Of a DNA stretch of 64,000 nt, positions 60,248 through 64,000 are shown in pieces (the stretch's first letter is position 1; each line of letters starts with the position of its first letter). The stretch covers positions 74,447 to 138,446 of the forward strand of contig CP055307.1 of assembly GCA_013374835.1 (NCBI GenBank). The letters are read 5' to 3'. The position numbers and the translations under genes were made by a program. Under the pieces are notes generated by a model. It did no database searches and was not told the origin of the DNA. It saw nothing but the letters and a program-made list of their open reading frames with translations. This stretch comes from Candidatus Woesebacteria bacterium (GTDB lineage: Bacteria; Patescibacteriota; Microgenomatia; UBA8517).

Positions 60248-60721
60248 ATGCCAAAAAAAATAGACCTCGAAAAAGAGTCAGCACGGATTTTAAAAGAACT
60301 TTTAAAGCTTATTGGGATCAAAGGTGAAGTAGTTTCAAATCTTAGAACGGAAAATGGCGAAAAAGTTATCAATATGGAAATTTTAGCACCTGAAGAATCG
60401 GGCATTCTAATAGGTGCTAAAGGATCAAATTTAAACGCTTTACAATCTTTTGTTGCCATGTCTCTAAGACAAAAAACCGGGGAATGGACAAGGGTTTCTC
60501 TTGACGTGGGCGAATGGAGAGCAAGACACGCAGATTATCTTAAAAGCCTTGCTAACCAGGCGGCAGAAAGGGCAAGATCAACAGGAGAACCACAGTACTT
60601 GTATAATCTTACTCCGTTTCAAAGAAGAATCGTACACACTCACCTTTCAGACTTTGACGATATTGTCACACAGTCGGAAGGAGAAGGTACATCAAGGTTT
60701 CTTGTTGTTAAAACAAAGTGA
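60248..60721 (+). CDS. jag: Jag/KhpB RNA-binding protein (KH plus R3H, no Jag_N domain)
   Basis: GILIGAKGSNLNALQ (KH) and RRIVH...SEGEG..R (R3H). Confidence 0.9.
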   Translation: MPKKIDLEKESARILKELLKLIGIKGEVVSNLRTENGEKVINMEILAPEESGILIGAKGSNLNALQSFVAMSLRQKTGEWTRVSLDVGEWRARHADYLKSLANQAAERARSTGEPQYLYNLTPFQRRIVHTHLSDFDDIVTQSEGEGTSRFLVVKTK

Positions 60722-61947
60722 ATTTTTTAAATAGAATTCTGCTTTTTCTTTTTATACTCCTTCTTCCTTCACAGCTAGGACTACATTTTTGGCCTGACTT
60801 CGCGCTTATTAATGGCCTAAGGATAGACTATCTTTCACCGGTAATATATTTTACCGACGTTCTTGCTTTATTAATTATCTTATTAAATTTCAAAAAAATT
60901 GTGACGAAGCCAACTTCATACAAAAAATTTTTGGCAATTTTTTTCATAATTTTTATTGTTATTAATATCTTAAACTCTAATATTCCGGCAATAGCTCTGT
61001 TAAAATGGGTTAAACTAACAGAAGCAATTTTGCTTACAGTAATTATTGGAAAAATTTTAAAGTCAGATAAAGACATATATTTTCCTGTTTCAATTTCCTT
61101 AATTTACACTTCCCTTCTCGGACTTTTTCAATTTTTTAGTAAAAAAAGCATCGGAGGAATATTCTATTGGCTTGGCGAAAGAAATTTTTCAATTTCTATG
61201 CCATCAATCGCAACATTTACGTTATTTGGAAAAGAATATTTACGCCCTTATTCAACATTTTCACACCCAAATTCCTTTGCGGGTTTTATTTTGATTGAAA
61301 TTTTAATAATCCTGTCATTAAATACAAAATTAAGCTCTTTTTATAAAATAACGCTTCTTTTTTCCTTTATGTCCTTTTTTTTAGCCTATTCCCAAAACGC
61401 ATGGGCATCTCTTTTTGTAATAGCCGCACTCTACATTCTAAAACTATACAAAAAAAAGTATGTAATCAAAACCTTTTTTTTAGCGTTAGCTGTATCCTCT
61501 GTCGCCTTGCCTTTGTTGTCAAGTAAACTTATAGGATTAGACAACGCTAAATATATTAACAAACAATACTTTACAAAACGTCTGGAGTTAAATGAGCTAT
61601 CAGGATTAATAATCTCACAAAAGCCCCTAATAGGAGTCGGTTTAGGAAATTTTTTAGTTAAGCTTCCGGATTTATATCGCGAAACGTATATGTTTAACAA
61701 TTTAAGAGAAGATTGGTGGATACAGCCGGTGCACAACGTATATTTGTTAATCGTTTCGGAATCAGGTCTTGTTGGGTTTCTTTTATTTATATTTATTGCG
61801 CTTTCAATTATTTCAAAAAACAAAAACCAAAAATTTAATTTAGTTATGCTTGCGATATTTATAACAGCGTTTCTTGATCATTATTGGTTTACTCTACAAC
61901 AAAACATCTTACTATCTTCGCTTGTTTTTGCGATCGCTCTCATGTAA
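60718..61947 (+). CDS. O-antigen ligase (Wzy_C) family membrane protein
   Basis: RPYSTFSHPNSFAG, PLIGVGLGNF, PVHNVYLL..SESGLVG, DHY. Confidence 0.88.
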   Translation: MNFLNRILLFLFILLLPSQLGLHFWPDFALINGLRIDYLSPVIYFTDVLALLIILLNFKKIVTKPTSYKKFLAIFFIIFIVINILNSNIPAIALLKWVKLTEAILLTVIIGKILKSDKDIYFPVSISLIYTSLLGLFQFFSKKSIGGIFYWLGERNFSISMPSIATFTLFGKEYLRPYSTFSHPNSFAGFILIEILIILSLNTKLSSFYKITLLFSFMSFFLAYSQNAWASLFVIAALYILKLYKKKYVIKTFFLALAVSSVALPLLSSKLIGLDNAKYINKQYFTKRLELNELSGLIISQKPLIGVGLGNFLVKLPDLYRETYMFNNLREDWWIQPVHNVYLLIVSESGLVGFLLFIFIALSIISKNKNQKFNLVMLAIFITAFLDHYWFTLQQNILLSSLVFAIALM

Positions 61948-61958
61948 ATTAAATAGTT

Positions 61959-62390
61959 ATGCATGATGTGTATTACATATTTTGCGACGGAGGGTCTCGC
62001 GGGAACCCGGGTCCAGCTGCTGCGGCGTATGTCGTGAACAAAAACGGTAAAACAATTTACAAACAAAATAAATATCTGGGAATAGCAACAAACAATGAAG
62101 CGGAATATCAAGCAGCCCTAATGGCCCACCGGTGGGCACATAAAAATATTGTAGATAAAGGCTCCGAAGTGCAGTTTATTTTTGATTCTGAACTCGTCAC
62201 TAAACAACTAAAAGGGATATACAAAATAAAAAGCAAAAGCCTTGCGCGCTACATAATCAAAATAAAAAAAATTGTTAAAGAAATGCCCTTTAGTGTTTCT
62301 TATACAAATGTTTCAAGAGAAAAAAACTTTGAAGCGGACAAACTTGTTAATCAAGCATTAAACTTACAAAATCTGTCACCTGAAAAGTAA
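61959..62390 (+). CDS. rnhA: Ribonuclease HI family protein
   Basis: DGGSRGNPGPAA, TNNEAEY.A, DSELV.KQ..G.YKIK, REKN.EAD.LVN. Confidence 0.93.
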   Translation: MHDVYYIFCDGGSRGNPGPAAAAYVVNKNGKTIYKQNKYLGIATNNEAEYQAALMAHRWAHKNIVDKGSEVQFIFDSELVTKQLKGIYKIKSKSLARYIIKIKKIVKEMPFSVSYTNVSREKNFEADKLVNQALNLQNLSPEK

Positions 62391-62554
62391 GGTTACATGC
62401 TTTGAAAAGAAAAATTAAGCCTGTGCAAGAAAACTATCGGAAAATTCTTCACATGGATCTTTAGTCTATTAAAGTGCCTCTTTAAATAAACGAATCATAT
62501 TTACAAATTTCATTACTTGATGAAAATAAGCCAAGGCGGATATCATTTAATATA

Positions 62555-64000
62555 ATGCAATTGCCTACAATACTTCTTTTTACGGATAAATCGAAGCTTG
62601 CAATAGAGCTTATTGATTTGTTTAAAGAAAATAATTTTTATATATTTGTTATTAGCGATAAAAGCAATTGGATTAGTAAGTCGCAAACAGTTAGGGCGTT
62701 AAAAGCAAGAGACCTAAAAAACTTTAAATCTGATTACATACTATCACTTAATTTTACAAACACAAAATATTTAGCAGAATCGCTTAAAAGCATAAAACAA
62801 TTTAAGCCCAAATCTCTCCTTGTTTTTAGTGTTGACACGATAAATAAAAAAATATTTAAAAAGGCGTCAGGTTTGATCAATTCAAAAATAATAATTACGG
62901 GCCTTCCTGTTAACTTTGCAGAAGAAAAAACAAACAGCATTGAAGCGTTAATTAAAAAGGCAATAAAAAGTCGTAAGTTAAAAATAAACCCAAACGACAA
63001 ATTCTATCTAATAGAACAAGAAAAAATAGCAAATATTATTTCACAAGAGCTCTTTACATATAGTCAAACAAAACCAATCTTAGCTGCCAAAATAGTCAAC
63101 GCCTCTGAATTCGTTTTGGAACTCTCTTCGTATATAAGCGGTCTTAAAATTGTCACAACAAAAAAAACAAAAATGCACCAATTTCTTCCGGAACCGCTAT
63201 CAACGCTAGACATAGATCTTTCTACTAAAAGCTATATCGAAAAAGCACTTGATAAAATTAAAAAGGAAAAAATAAAAAGTAAACGCTTTGATATTAAAAT
63301 CTCTAAAACAAACTTTCCTCTTATTATGTTTTTATTCTTTGTTTTACTTCTTGCTCCTTATGTTTTAATTTTGTTTAGCACGCTCTCGCTTTTTGCTTCA
63401 TATAAATTTTATCTTAAAAATGAAATAAAACTATCCTCTTATGCTCTTGTTCTATCTGAAAAACAAACAACAATTCAAAAACCAATAATAAAAACATATT
63501 TAAAAATGCCTTTGATAAAAAATTTATACACGCCGCTGATAAATGCTCAATACGTTCTTGAGCTTGCCAACTCCTCGTTCGTAAACGGCAAAGAAGCGCT
63601 TTCAGGCGTTGCGTCATTGGGGGATTTGGCATTAAACGGCAACCCTGATGCGGATATCAAAACAATATCCCAAGAGCTATATTACAAATTTGACCTGCTT
63701 TACAAAGATCTCTCTTTTCTAGAGGCGGCCACAAAAAATACAGCCCTATTTGGTTTCGCCAAAAAAGCAAGCATCGATATTTCAAAAATTAGAACCTATG
63801 TTAGCGCCTCAAAAGATTTAATTTGGCAGATGCCGGAAATGCTTGGATTTCAAGAAGAAAAAACCTATATGATACTTCTTCAAAACAACATGGAGTTAAG
63901 ACCGACTGGAGGATTTATAGGTTCGTTTGCATTAATTACCTTTAGTAAAGGAAAACTTGTCGACACAGAAGTGTTTGATGTATATTCTGTTGACGGGCAA
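62555..64000 (+). CDS. DUF4012-domain membrane protein (3'-truncated by window edge)
   Basis: Frame open from the ATG at 62555 to the window end, so absent from the track. TM region near 63320-63410 and the signature LLQNNMELRPTGGFIGSF. Confidence 0.85.
   Translation, partial: MQLPTILLFTDKSKLAIELIDLFKENNFYIFVISDKSNWISKSQTVRALKARDLKNFKSDYILSLNFTNTKYLAESLKSIKQFKPKSLLVFSVDTINKKIFKKASGLINSKIIITGLPVNFAEEKTNSIEALIKKAIKSRKLKINPNDKFYLIEQEKIANIISQELFTYSQTKPILAAKIVNASEFVLELSSYISGLKIVTTKKTKMHQFLPEPLSTLDIDLSTKSYIEKALDKIKKEKIKSKRFDIKISKTNFPLIMFLFFVLLLAPYVLILFSTLSLFASYKFYLKNEIKLSSYALVLSEKQTTIQKPIIKTYLKMPLIKNLYTPLINAQYVLELANSSFVNGKEALSGVASLGDLALNGNPDADIKTISQELYYKFDLLYKDLSFLEAATKNTALFGFAKKASIDISKIRTYVSASKDLIWQMPEMLGFQEEKTYMILLQNNMELRPTGGFIGSFALITFSKGKLVDTEVFDVYSVDGQ

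Noticed and set aside
62734-63632. Two minus-strand ORFs near the window end
   Set aside because: Antisense to the open plus-strand DUF4012 frame starting at 62555.

Overview
Chromosomal window from a CPR/Patescibacteria genome, most like Microgenomates (divergent 16S with a helix-26 expansion and short helix 44, tRNA-Arg(GCG), mostly leaderless genes, standard code 11). Left to right: the 3' part of a VirD4/TraG-like coupling ATPase; a stand-alone 16S rRNA gene; tRNA-Glu, -Lys and -Gln; an ~11.7 kb decaying accessory region between convergent tRNA-Gln and tRNA-Asn (mgtA, a C39-like peptidase, recombinase remnants, several pseudogenes and a two-ArsR ArsP/thioredoxin/glutaredoxin module); an LCP gene and a resident paralogous thiol-redox operon; rpoD-dnaG; a TspO/DUF2177/DUF1295 cluster; all four tRNA-Ser plus tRNA-Arg(GCG); comF; smpB overlapping tmRNA; a SpoIID-domain gene; a ~20 kb locus of ten VirB2/TrbC-like pilins plus VirB6-, PrgI- and VirB4-like genes and putative wall hydrolases, converging on dnaN-oriC-dnaA; then rpmH-rnpA-yidD-yidC-jag, an O-antigen-ligase-family gene, rnhA and a DUF4012 gene running off the end. 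The most notable items are the origin-linked, relaxase-less pilus/T4SS-like locus with modular Cys-rich pilins, a reciprocally decayed duplicate three-gene Cys-redox module, and the smpB/tmRNA overlap. All calls come from reading motifs by eye; no database searches were run.
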